A DNA stretch of 64,000 nt from Deltaproteobacteria bacterium (GTDB taxonomy: Bacteria > Desulfobacterota > Desulfuromonadia > Desulfuromonadales > JAAYDE01): positions 1,177 to 65,176 of the forward strand of contig JAAYDE010000009.1 of assembly GCA_012729375.1 (NCBI GenBank), written 5' to 3'. This document shows positions 35,831 to 45,139 of this stretch, one piece after another (the first letter of the stretch is position 1; every line of letters begins with the position of its first letter). The notes beneath the pieces are model-generated. The model saw only the letters and a program-made list of their open reading frames with translations. It ran no database searches and was not told where the DNA came from. Both the position numbers and the translations under genes were made by a program.

Positions 35831-37453
35831 TCACCCTGACCCCAGGTCACTCAGAATATCGGCTAAAAAGTTGCGGGGATTGGAAATCTCCTCGATGCAA
35901 TGCCCGCCTATCCCTTTGTTGAAAACAAAACGCAGGATCCCTTCATGACTTTTCTTGTCCCGGCCCATGGCGGCGACAACTTTTTCCAGGGACAGGGCCG
36001 GCGGCAGCACGGGAAGATGAAAGGATTTCAGCAGGCGAACCAGCCGCTCCACATCGGCCGCGGTGCACCAGCCCAGGCGCCGCGCTCCCAAAGCGGCCAC
36101 ATGCATGCCGATGGCCACCGCCTCGCCGTGGCGGTAGACCCCGTAACCGGCCAGGTTCTCCACAGCGTGGCCGAAGGTATGGCCGTAGTTGAGGATGGCG
36201 CGCAGGGAACTCTCCCTTTCGTCCCGGGCGACGATCTCGGCTTTGATCCGGCAGGACTGGCGGATGGCGACAACCAGAGCCTCGGGCGCCAGCCGCAGCA
36301 GATCGTTCACATGGCTCTCCAGCCAGCTGAAAAAACCGCCGTCCCAGATCATGCCGTATTTAATGACCTCGGCCATGCCGGCGGCAAACTCACGGGCGGG
36401 AAGGGTTTTCAGGGTCTCCACATCGATGTGGACGAGGCGCGGCTGATGGAAGGCGCCGACCAGGTTTTTGCCGAGAGGGTGATTGATCCCCGTTTTTCCG
36501 CCCACGGAGCTGTCAACCTGGGCGAGCAGCGTGGTCGGAACCTGCGCATAGGGGATGCCGCGCATGAAGGTGGCGGCGGCGAAGCCGGCGATATCCCCCA
36601 CCACCCCTCCACCCAGAGCCACCAAGGCCGAACCCCGGTCAAACCCGCCTTCGATGAGACGACCGTAAATGGAGGTCACGGTGTCCTGGGTTTTGAACTG
36701 TTCACCGTCGGGAAGCAGGATGCTATGGCATTCAAAGCCGGCGCGGCGCAGGCTTTCCTCCACCCGTCCGGCGTAAAGGGGGGCGACGGTGGTGTTGGTC
36801 ACCAGCGCCACCCGCCGCGGGAAATTACCTCCGGTCAGGCTTTCCCCGAGGACATCCAGAATGCCGCGGCCGATGCGGATGGGATAACTCTGCTCTCCCA
36901 GATGCACCTCCACTTCCCGGCACCGGGGCTGCTCCTGGCTCGCCAGCCCGGCAAGAATGCGGGACGCCGTTTCCTGGGCAGTCAGGCTGTCGGTGTCGAT
37001 AATCAGGTCGGCCTCTTGATAGAAAGGTTCACGGGTCGCCAAAAGGGAGCGCAACCGGTGGCGCCCTGCCCCGCTCAGATCGGCCAGAGGCCTGGCGTCG
37101 GAAGCCGCCATGCGGCCGCAGAGGGTCTCCAGGGCGGCCCGCAGGTAGACAATCCTGCCCAGGCGCTTCATCATCTTCCGATTGTCGGGGCGCTGGACGA
37201 TCCCGCCGCCGGTGGCGATCACCGCTCCACGGCAGGAAGCGAGCTCACCCAGCGCCGCGGTTTCCATTGCGCGGAAGGCTTCCTCCCCCGACGCGGCGAA
37301 GATGGCGCGGATGGCGCGCCCCTCTCTGCTTTCGATGCACTCGTCGAGATCGATGAAACGGTACCCCAGATGGAGGGCCAGCTCGCGGCCCACGGTACTT
37401 TTACCCGCCCCCATGAAGCCGACGAGGATGATATTATCAGAGTTCTTCCACAT
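35831..37453 (-). CDS. aroKB: Bifunctional shikimate kinase / 3-dehydroquinate synthase (AroK-AroB fusion)
   Basis: N-terminal P-loop GFMGAGKSTVGR (AroK). This is followed by an AroB core (GGGVVGDIAGFAAATFMRGI, HTFGHAVE). ATG 37453 overlaps the aroC 3' end by 17 nt. Confidence 0.9.
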   Translation of the reverse strand: MWKNSDNIILVGFMGAGKSTVGRELALHLGYRFIDLDECIESREGRAIRAIFAASGEEAFRAMETAALGELASCRGAVIATGGGIVQRPDNRKMMKRLGRIVYLRAALETLCGRMAASDARPLADLSGAGRHRLRSLLATREPFYQEADLIIDTDSLTAQETASRILAGLASQEQPRCREVEVHLGEQSYPIRIGRGILDVLGESLTGGNFPRRVALVTNTTVAPLYAGRVEESLRRAGFECHSILLPDGEQFKTQDTVTSIYGRLIEGGFDRGSALVALGGGVVGDIAGFAAATFMRGIPYAQVPTTLLAQVDSSVGGKTGINHPLGKNLVGAFHQPRLVHIDVETLKTLPAREFAAGMAEVIKYGMIWDGGFFSWLESHVNDLLRLAPEALVVAIRQSCRIKAEIVARDERESSLRAILNYGHTFGHAVENLAGYGVYRHGEAVAIGMHVAALGARRLGWCTAADVERLVRLLKSFHLPVLPPALSLEKVVAAMGRDKKSHEGILRFVFNKGIGGHCIEEISNPRNFLADILSDLGSG

Positions 37454-38600
37454 ATTTCCGGTAGGCGGCAAGGTTGGCGGCCACTTCCTCCATGGAATCG
37501 CCGCCGAACTTTTCCAAAACGGCCTGGCTCATTTCGATGGCGACCACCGCTTCAGCGGTCACCGCGGCGGCGGCGACGGCACAGACATCGGAGCGCTCGA
37601 CGGAAGCCTCATGGATCTCCTTGGTTACCAGGTCAACGGTGCGCAGGGGGCGGTACAGGGTCGGAATGGGCTTCATCGCCCCACGGAGGATCACCGGCTC
37701 GCCGCTGGTCATCCCCCCTTCCACCCCTCCGGCGCGATTGCTGAAACGGATGAAGCGCCCTTCGCGGTAGCCGATCTCGTCATGAACCTGGGAGCCGGGC
37801 AAGCGGGCGGCGCCGAACCCGAGGCCGAACTCCACTCCCTTGAAGGCCTGGATGCTCATCACCGCGGCGGCGAGCCGGGCGTCCAGCTTCCGATCCCAGT
37901 GCACATAACTGCCGAGACCCACGGGGACGCCGAGGACGACAACCTCAACGACCCCGCCCAGGGAATCACCGGCGGCTTTGGCGGCATCGATACGCGCCAT
38001 CATGGCCGCTTCGACGGCGCCGTCGAAGGTGCCGCAACAGCTGGCGGAAGCCAGTTTCCCCCGGCTACGGTAATCCAGGGGCAGATCAGCGGCGGCGATC
38101 CCGCCGATCTCGGTCACGTAGGAGACGGTTTCGATACCGAGGGAACCCAGGAAGCAACGGCACAGCCCGCCCACCGCCACCCGCATAGCGGTTTCGCGGG
38201 CGCTGGACCGCTCCAGAATGTTGCGGATATCCCGTTGCCGGTATTTGATGGCGCCGTTCAGATCGGCATGGCCGGGACGGGGATGGCGGACCTCGACCCC
38301 TTCCTGGCGATCCTCCCCGCGGCTCGACATGGTCCTCTCCCAGTTGGCCCAGTCCCGGTTTTCGATCTGCAAAGTAATGGGCGACCCGAGGGTTTTCCCC
38401 CAGCGGACCCCGGACAGAAAACGGAGCCGGTCCCGTTCGATGGCCATCCTTCCACCCCGGCCATAACCCTTTTGGCGCCGCGCCAACAGGGCGTTGATCG
38501 CCTCCTCATCGACGGCGAGGTTGGCGGGCAGTCCCTCGATGATGGCGGTCAGGCAGGGACCGTGGGATTCTCCGGCGGTCAGGTATCTCAACATGGGCAA
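37437..38600 (-). CDS. aroC: Chorismate synthase
   Basis: LRYLTAGESHGP, RPGHADL and GRSSARETA-like signatures. The start may be 38594. Confidence 0.95.
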   Translation of the reverse strand: MPMLRYLTAGESHGPCLTAIIEGLPANLAVDEEAINALLARRQKGYGRGGRMAIERDRLRFLSGVRWGKTLGSPITLQIENRDWANWERTMSSRGEDRQEGVEVRHPRPGHADLNGAIKYRQRDIRNILERSSARETAMRVAVGGLCRCFLGSLGIETVSYVTEIGGIAAADLPLDYRSRGKLASASCCGTFDGAVEAAMMARIDAAKAAGDSLGGVVEVVVLGVPVGLGSYVHWDRKLDARLAAAVMSIQAFKGVEFGLGFGAARLPGSQVHDEIGYREGRFIRFSNRAGGVEGGMTSGEPVILRGAMKPIPTLYRPLRTVDLVTKEIHEASVERSDVCAVAAAAVTAEAVVAIEMSQAVLEKFGGDSMEEVAANLAAYRKYVEEL

Positions 38601-38626
38601 CGGGTACCTCCCGGCAAGGTAACAGA

Positions 38627-38652
38627 AAAGGACAGGCTTTTGCCTGTCCTTT
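38627..38652 (-). terminator. Rho-independent terminator downstream of pilQ
   Basis: Perfect 11-bp stem aaaggacaggc/gcctgtccttt with a tttt loop. On the minus strand it is followed by TTTTCTGTT. It lies 59 nt after the pilQ stop. Confidence 0.7.
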
Positions 38653-38710
38653 CCAAGATTACCCGTTTTCAGGGCTACTTTTCAATTTAAAAGCCTAATC
38701 CGGCACCGAT

Positions 38711-40984
38711 TTATTCGAGGATTTTGGGCGTTATGAAAACCAGCAGCTCATTGCGCTCATAGGATTTGTTGGTGGACTTGAAAAGATGTCCCAAAAGGGG
38801 GATATTCATCAGCACCGGTACCCCGCTGGTCGAAAAACTTTCCGCATCGACAAAGATGCCGCCGATCACCGTGGTTTCGCCGTCGTTGACCAAGACCGTG
38901 GTTTTGGCCTCCTTTTTGTCGATGGAAGGCGCCGTGGCCAGGTCGGGAGCCTGGGTGGAGGGCTGGTTGTTGGTGGCCTCGATCTTCATGATGACCGAGT
39001 TGTCCGGATTGATGGTCGGGGTCACCTTGAGTTCGAGGTTGGCGTCGACGAACTCGGTCTTGGTCCCCTCGTCGCTGATGGTCTGGTAGGCGATGGAAGT
39101 CCCCTGGGCGATGGTCGCCTCCTCGCCGTTGAGGGTCACCACCCGGGGCTTGGAGATGATGCGGGCGTTTCCGGATGTTTCGGCGGCGGCCAGGCGCATG
39201 TCGATTATCGTATTGTCCAGGCCGCTGTAGGTAAAGAGAGAGCCCATGCCGTAAACGGAACTGTTGAATACGGACGCCGGTGGAATCAACAGGCTGCCCC
39301 CCAGGCCGACGCTGCTCCCGGTGCTGTTGCTGAGGTTGGAGATATTCCACTTCAGCCCGAGATCCCGGCTGAATGTCGAGCGAACCTCGACGATGCGGGC
39401 TTCGATCATGACCTGGCGGACCGGGGTGTCGATCATGCGGATCAGTTCCCGGATGGCGTCGACGGAAGAGGGCACGTCGATGATGATCAACTGCTTGTTG
39501 CCTTTGTCCAGATTGTAGCGGCCGCGGTCGCTCAGCCGGTCCTTGACCGGTTTCTCCAGGGACTCGAGGGGAGCGTAACTCACGGGGATGGCCACGGTAA
39601 TGAGATTTTCAAGCTTTTCTTTGGTGCGCGTCGCCATCAACCGCGCCTCGTCCATCTCGGATATCTTCCTGCGGGGGAGGATGCGAACGATGTTGCCATC
39701 CTGCAACTTGCCAAGTTCCTTCATCTCCAGAACGAGATCAAAGGCCTGATCCCAGGGGACATCGATGAGACGCAGGCTGATACTGCCCTTGACCTCTTCT
39801 CCGAGGACCAGATTGAGGTTGCTGACCTCGCCGAGCAACTGGAAGATTTTGCGGATATCGGCATCATCGAAAACCAGGGAAACCCTGGTGCCGGTATACC
39901 GGCCCCGGCTTTTGCCGCTTTCCAGGGCGGCGGCCAGTGAGGTCGCGCCGTCACCGCTTTCCCTGCCGTAGCCCCCTTCCGCCATTTCAATGGCACGGCG
40001 CGCCGGCGCCGGCTGTTCCTTCGATGCCGGCAGGGGAACCGCCTTGATCTCGATATCTTCCGGAGCGCCGTTCCGGTCGCCGTAAGAGCCATTGTCGACG
40101 GAAAAGACGAGGGTGTTGCCGCTCAGGGTCAGATCCATGGGCACCACTTCCTTCATTTCCGCCGCGAAACGGACCTCTTCCGAACTTCCCCGCACCACCG
40201 TGTACGGGGTTATTATGCGCACCGCGCTGGGGAAGGAAGAACTGTCAAAGGAGCGCCGAAAGCGTTGGGCCAGATGGGCGTTTTTCACTCCAAAACGGAC
40301 GATTTTCCCCATTCTGTCGAGAGGAACCAGTTCCGCCGGTCGGGAGAGGGTGACGGTAAAGAGGGATTTTCCTTCCCGGACCATAAAATCCATGGCTTCG
40401 ATGGAAACGGGCGCGCCCATGGCGGAAACGGGAGAGGGTCGGTAAGCCGGTGCGGTCTCTGCCGGTGCTGTCCCTGCCGGTGCTGTCCCTGCCGGTGCTG
40501 TCCCTGGCGCCGAAGACCAGGAAACCAGGACGCCCTGGCCGGTTTTGGCGACGGAGTAAGAAGGAAGGTTGGACTCGCCGGCGTCGAAAACAAACCTTGT
40601 CTTGCCGCTGTCGCCGCCGACGCGCAGGATCGAGAACCCGTCATTCAACAGAAACTGCCGATCTGCAAAGGAGGGCTGGGCATCATAGATATCCACCACC
40701 AGGCGCTGTGGATTTTCCAGGGCGAAATAGCGTAACTTCGCGACCGGGCCATCGGTGGAGATGACCGTCCGCCCCAAGTCGATGTCCACCCGCCCGATGG
40801 TGCGCAAGGGAATCCGGGAGGGCGCCGCGGCCGTCTCTTTGACGGTTTCCCCCTGGCCTGCCACCGCTTCCACATTGGCTGCGTCGCAGAAAGGAACGGC
40901 CACCGCAAGGGGGCCCAGCAAAGCGGCCAAGCCAAAACAAAGGACCAACCTCTCTCCCGTCTTCGACAAGAATCCAGTCGCCAT
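38711..40984 (-). CDS. pilQ: Type IV pilus secretin PilQ (AMIN domains + secretin)
   Basis: 757 aa. N-terminal AMIN-like repeats (RLVVDIYDA) and a C-terminal secretin domain (GVPVLMNIPLLGHLFK...ELLVFITPKIL). Last gene of pilMNOPQ. Confidence 0.9.
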   Translation of the reverse strand: MATGFLSKTGERLVLCFGLAALLGPLAVAVPFCDAANVEAVAGQGETVKETAAAPSRIPLRTIGRVDIDLGRTVISTDGPVAKLRYFALENPQRLVVDIYDAQPSFADRQFLLNDGFSILRVGGDSGKTRFVFDAGESNLPSYSVAKTGQGVLVSWSSAPGTAPAGTAPAGTAPAETAPAYRPSPVSAMGAPVSIEAMDFMVREGKSLFTVTLSRPAELVPLDRMGKIVRFGVKNAHLAQRFRRSFDSSSFPSAVRIITPYTVVRGSSEEVRFAAEMKEVVPMDLTLSGNTLVFSVDNGSYGDRNGAPEDIEIKAVPLPASKEQPAPARRAIEMAEGGYGRESGDGATSLAAALESGKSRGRYTGTRVSLVFDDADIRKIFQLLGEVSNLNLVLGEEVKGSISLRLIDVPWDQAFDLVLEMKELGKLQDGNIVRILPRRKISEMDEARLMATRTKEKLENLITVAIPVSYAPLESLEKPVKDRLSDRGRYNLDKGNKQLIIIDVPSSVDAIRELIRMIDTPVRQVMIEARIVEVRSTFSRDLGLKWNISNLSNSTGSSVGLGGSLLIPPASVFNSSVYGMGSLFTYSGLDNTIIDMRLAAAETSGNARIISKPRVVTLNGEEATIAQGTSIAYQTISDEGTKTEFVDANLELKVTPTINPDNSVIMKIEATNNQPSTQAPDLATAPSIDKKEAKTTVLVNDGETTVIGGIFVDAESFSTSGVPVLMNIPLLGHLFKSTNKSYERNELLVFITPKILE
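40446..40505. repeat. 15-bp x 4 in-frame tandem repeat inside pilQ
   Basis: gccggtgcggtctct followed by three copies of gccggtgctgtccct. On the minus strand this encodes GTAPA-GTAPA-GTAPA-ETAPA. Confidence 0.9.
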
Positions 40985-40985
40985 T

Positions 40986-41528
40986 TTAAATTAACTCCTT
41001 TTTCGTTAAAGGGAGCGGAATTTTTTGATTGACAGCCCGGGAGGTCCCCCCGAAATCATAAATGGTTTCCTGTACGAGCACCGCCTCGCGGGTGATGTCG
41101 GTCACCACGCCTTCGTTCTGACCGACTTTGACCCCTTTCTTCAGAACATGGGACTTTCCGTCAGGGCTCACGACCATGGCCCGCGGTTCACCCTTGCCCC
41201 AAACCACGCCGATGATGCGCAACTGGTTGAGTGCGTACTTCTGCAGGGGGGTTTCCGGAGCGGCCGATTTTCTGACGGTTCTTTCCAGTTCCATCAGCGA
41301 CTGAAACGGGTCCCTCTTACCAGCGGGACTGTAGACAAACCCCGGAGCGGCCTCCTTGCCGATTGCCGGGGTCCGCTCTTCGGCCTTCTTCGCCGCCGGC
41401 GCCTCCACCTTCTGACGGACGGGAGCCGGTTTCGAGGCCTGGGCCGGCGGCGCGTCGGGACCACATCCGGATGCCACCAGGAGCAACAGGATGAAAACCG
41501 GCAGCAGTTTGGGAATTCGGGAGATCAT
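40986..41528 (-). CDS. pilP: Type IV pilus assembly lipoprotein PilP
   Basis: Lipobox LLVASGC. Position between pilO and pilQ. C-terminal beta-domain pattern LRIIGVVWG...AMVVSPDGKSHVLKKG. Confidence 0.75.
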   Translation of the reverse strand: MISRIPKLLPVFILLLLVASGCGPDAPPAQASKPAPVRQKVEAPAAKKAEERTPAIGKEAAPGFVYSPAGKRDPFQSLMELERTVRKSAAPETPLQKYALNQLRIIGVVWGKGEPRAMVVSPDGKSHVLKKGVKVGQNEGVVTDITREAVLVQETIYDFGGTSRAVNQKIPLPLTKKELI

Positions 41529-41531
41529 GGC

Positions 41532-42158
41532 TTATCTCCTTCCTCTTGCAGGGGCGCCTTTTCTGCCCGCGGCGGGCGGAGCGGCCGTGCCCGCATCCAG
41601 AAAACGATAGGTCGTGGCCAGGCAATCCACATCCAAAATCATTACCCCTCCGGAAGCCCTCGGCTTGCCCATCTTCAGATTGCCCACATTGACGATGCGG
41701 GAAAGGCTCCCCACATCGGAGAAAAAGGAGGCCACCTGATGGTAGTTTCCGACCAGGGACAATTCCACGGGTACCGCGGCGTAAAAGCCCTGGGGCTGTT
41801 CGGCCCCCGGTTTGAATTTGAGGACGTCGAGGCCGTTATCCTTGGCCAGAGCCGAGATGGTCGTGAGCAGAGTCGGGATCTCCTTTTCATTGGGCAGTTC
41901 GGTGAGAGCCAACTCAAGCCGCCCCTGCATCCGTTCGTATTCATCCTGAAATTTTTTCAGATTGGCGGCCATTTTCCGATCCTCTTCCAGTTTGGCCTGA
42001 AGGGAAATCCTTCTTCTTTGCAGCTGGTCAAGCTCTTCCATGGCAGGCATATAAAGGAAGAAATAAAACAGGGAGGCGATGCCCAGCAGAATAGCGGCCA
42101 AGACCCCGATCCGCTGATAGAGGGGACGTTTCAACAGCTTTTCCAGGCGTGGATTCAT
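41532..42158 (-). CDS. pilO: Type IV pilus assembly protein PilO
   Basis: Single N-terminal TM, coiled coil, then a ferredoxin-like C-terminal domain. Gene order supports the call. Confidence 0.8.
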   Translation of the reverse strand: MNPRLEKLLKRPLYQRIGVLAAILLGIASLFYFFLYMPAMEELDQLQRRRISLQAKLEEDRKMAANLKKFQDEYERMQGRLELALTELPNEKEIPTLLTTISALAKDNGLDVLKFKPGAEQPQGFYAAVPVELSLVGNYHQVASFFSDVGSLSRIVNVGNLKMGKPRASGGVMILDVDCLATTYRFLDAGTAAPPAAGRKGAPARGRR

Positions 42159-42170
42159 AACCTTTTTCCC

Positions 42171-42743
42171 TTATTTTGACGAGGCGGTTTGGGCGATAGG
42201 GGTAGCTTCCTGGACTCTGCAGGTGGCCTTGAACTTCTGCACCCTCATCCCCTTGCCGCTGGTCAGCTCCGTCACCGAAAGTTCGACATTGCGGAAATTG
42301 GGCGAGGCCTCCAGGCGCTGCAGAAAAGAAGCGACGCTCTGTTCGTTCAGACCCACCCCGTCAATGCTGATGGCGCCATTGTTTTCGACAAAGGAGATGA
42401 GCCACACCTTGTCGTTGACGGAACTGGCCAACTCGTCCAGCATGCGGGCGGGTCCAGACTTGTTTTCCTTCAACTTCTGCAGAACACCCAGCTTTCCTTC
42501 CAGTTCTTTCTGCAGCTTTTTGAATTCGGCGATTTTCCCCAGGGTTTTCTGCAGGTTCCTGATTTCGTTTTCGGCCGTCTGGATGGCGTTTTTTTCGGCA
42601 CTGATCTTCATCGACGCAAAGGCATACAGCCCGCCACAGCCCAGAAGAACTACGACCAGCGCCAAGGCGGCGATTAACAACTGATCGCGAATTTTTTCCT
42701 TTTTCTGCAGATCCCGGACAGGTAAAAGATTGATTCGTATCAT
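42171..42743 (-). CDS. pilN: Type IV pilus assembly protein PilN
   Basis: Canonical N-terminus MIRINLLPVR that binds PilM, plus a TM segment. 4-nt overlap with pilM. Confidence 0.8.
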   Translation of the reverse strand: MIRINLLPVRDLQKKEKIRDQLLIAALALVVVLLGCGGLYAFASMKISAEKNAIQTAENEIRNLQKTLGKIAEFKKLQKELEGKLGVLQKLKENKSGPARMLDELASSVNDKVWLISFVENNGAISIDGVGLNEQSVASFLQRLEASPNFRNVELSVTELTSGKGMRVQKFKATCRVQEATPIAQTASSK

Positions 42744-43798
42744 TTGTCGCCCACCCTTCTCATGGCCAAGCCGGTCGCAACAGCGAAAAAGGGACTTATG
42801 GAACGGACATAAGAGAGATCGAACCGGCCCTCATCGAGGTGGATCCTGACAAAGGGATCCATCACCCGGACCGGAATCCCCAAAACAACCTCGAGGGATT
42901 CCCGGACCCTTGGGTTGATGCTGACCCCTCCGCTGATGAAGACCTTTTCAACCTGATCGTCGGCCGATGTCGCCGAAAAGAAATCCAAGGACCGCTGAAT
43001 TTCGAGACAGAGATTGTCGATGGCCCGTTCGATCACCTCCAGGGCGGCGGCAGGATCAACCCCGTCAACCTTTTCCCCAAGCTTGACCATTTCGGCCTTT
43101 TCGCCGCTCAGACCAAGATTCTTCTGAAGCTCATCGTTGATCATGTTGCCGCCCGCCTGAAGATCACGGGTGAAAACCGACATCCCGTCCTGGACGACAT
43201 TGACGTTCACGGCGCTGGCGCCGATATTGATCAGGGCGACGATACCCTCTTTGGAGCCCTCATAATTTTCCTCGTAGCTGTTTTCGAGAGCAAAACCGTC
43301 AACATCGACAACCTTCAAAACCATCCCCAACTCATGGAACATCATAACATAATCGTTAATGACATCCTTTTTAGCCGCGACAAGAAGTATATTCATCTGG
43401 GTCGCATCATTTTTGGATGGACCGAGTATCTGATAATCGATATTCACGTCTGACATTTCAAAAGGAATATATTGCTCGGCTTCCCATTGAATTGTAGAGT
43501 CGAGTTCTTCGGCAGACATAACCGGAAGAAGAATTTTTCGGATGATAACCGAACTACCGCTTATCGATGAAGAAACGTTTTTCGTTTTTATTTTATTTGC
43601 TTTTATAAGTCCCTTTATGGCTTCGACAATAGAAATAGATTCCATGATTGTATTATCAACAATAGCCTCCGAGGGGATGGAAGCCATGCCGATATTTTCG
43701 AGATGGTATTCTCCATTGATTTCTTTCAACTCAACCATCTTGACTGAACTGGAACCGATGTCAATGCCAACAAGATTTTTTTGTGGTTTGAAAAACAT
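42740..43798 (-). CDS. pilM: Type IV pilus assembly ATPase-fold protein PilM
   Basis: Actin-like fold motifs LVGIDIGSSSVKMVEL and INIGASAVNVNV; 352 aa. Confidence 0.9.
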   Translation of the reverse strand: MFFKPQKNLVGIDIGSSSVKMVELKEINGEYHLENIGMASIPSEAIVDNTIMESISIVEAIKGLIKANKIKTKNVSSSISGSSVIIRKILLPVMSAEELDSTIQWEAEQYIPFEMSDVNIDYQILGPSKNDATQMNILLVAAKKDVINDYVMMFHELGMVLKVVDVDGFALENSYEENYEGSKEGIVALINIGASAVNVNVVQDGMSVFTRDLQAGGNMINDELQKNLGLSGEKAEMVKLGEKVDGVDPAAALEVIERAIDNLCLEIQRSLDFFSATSADDQVEKVFISGGVSINPRVRESLEVVLGIPVRVMDPFVRIHLDEGRFDLSYVRSISPFFAVATGLAMRRVGDK

Positions 43799-43890
43799 TT
43801 TTCCGTCCTATCGGTGATGGATAGAAATATAAGAACTTTTCAAGACTCATCGATTTGCAAATATTTGATTTTTTGAAGCCCCACAGTCTG

Positions 43891-44667
43891 TTAAAGGAAG
43901 CAATCAACATACCACTGGATAAGAATTCTTCCGTAAAGGAGATAAACCAAAGCTCCCAGGGCCAAAAACGGTCCGAATGGAAGGGCTAACTGCGGGTCGC
44001 CGCCGCGGAACAGCATCAGCGGAATGCCGATGAGACAGCCGACGGCGGAGCTGATGAAGATGACCGGGAATACCGCTTTCCAGCCCAAAAAAGCCCCGAT
44101 CATGGCGAGCAGTTTGATGTCCCCGCCGCCCATCCCGTCAACTTTTCTAAGCAATTTATATGCCACGGCCACGGCATACAGCAATCCTCCCCCAATGAGA
44201 ACACCCAACAGGGAATCCAACCAGGACAGCCAGGGGATGAGAAAGGAAAGCAGAAAGCCGGCACCGACGCCGGGCAGGCTGATGACATCGGGGATGATGC
44301 GGTGATCGAGATCGATAAAAGAGATGGTCACCAGGATGGAAACAAACAGCCAATAAACCGGGGTTGCCCATTGAAAACCGAAGCGCAGGAAGACCAGGAG
44401 AAAAAGCAAACCCGTGATCAGCTCGACCAGGGGATAGCGCAGGGGAATGGGCTGGCCACAAAAGGAGCAGCGAGCGCGCAAAAAAACAAAACTGGCTACG
44501 GGAATGTTGTGGTACCAGCGCAGAGAGGCCCGGCAGAAAGGGCAGTAGGAGTGGGGCCAGACGATGGATTGCCCCTGGGGGAGGCGGAATATGCAGACGT
44601 TCAGGAAAGAACCGATGGTCAGTCCAAGGGCGAAAATCAGAAGGGAGAAAAGAGTTGTCCCGGTCAC
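43891..44667 (-). CDS. pilD: Prepilin peptidase / N-methyltransferase (A24 family)
   Basis: FLNVCIFRLP, the CxxC pairs (YCPFC, RCSFCG) and Asp motifs FIDLDHRIIPD and GGGDIKL. The GTG at 44667 is preceded by AAGGAG. The N-terminal extension in the ORF track looks non-coding. Confidence 0.85.
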   Translation of the reverse strand: MTGTTLFSLLIFALGLTIGSFLNVCIFRLPQGQSIVWPHSYCPFCRASLRWYHNIPVASFVFLRARCSFCGQPIPLRYPLVELITGLLFLLVFLRFGFQWATPVYWLFVSILVTISFIDLDHRIIPDVISLPGVGAGFLLSFLIPWLSWLDSLLGVLIGGGLLYAVAVAYKLLRKVDGMGGGDIKLLAMIGAFLGWKAVFPVIFISSAVGCLIGIPLMLFRGGDPQLALPFGPFLALGALVYLLYGRILIQWYVDCFL

Positions 44668-45139
44668 AAGAAACTCCTTACATAGTGTCCAATCCAATAC
44701 ATGCAACCGGCTGTCGGCCGACCCTCTGAATATTTGCCGAAGGTTCACCAGCGGCGGGCAGGCCGTCTCGGGAACAATCGCCGCCTGGCGCCCGGACGAC
44801 CGAAGGCCTTCCTGCCGAAAGCCTGCCGGACCGGCCGCAAACGCCCCTCCATGCAATTTTCAAAACGTAAAAAAATGGACCCGGTCCCGGCCGGTATTTC
44901 TTCCGTGATTTTCTCCCCCGCAGGTGACCAAATCGGGCATCCGGACAATGAATTCACCCAAGGCGGGCTCGCCCCCGCCATCATCTTAGTCACAATGCCT
45001 CCGCAACAAGGCAAAGAAAAGCATTAACTGGAGACTACTCCACTTATTAACTTTTCCCAACTGAAAAAACAACATAAAAGGCCCTCTTGCCGCGACAACC
45101 TGCAGAATTTGATCCGTCGCCGGCAACGGGTCGTCGGAT

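Noticed and set aside
40446-40505. The regularly spaced short repeats, checked as a possible CRISPR-like array.
   Set aside because: The units are contiguous with no spacers, in frame, and inside pilQ. This is a coding tandem repeat. No CRISPR array or cas gene is present anywhere in the window.
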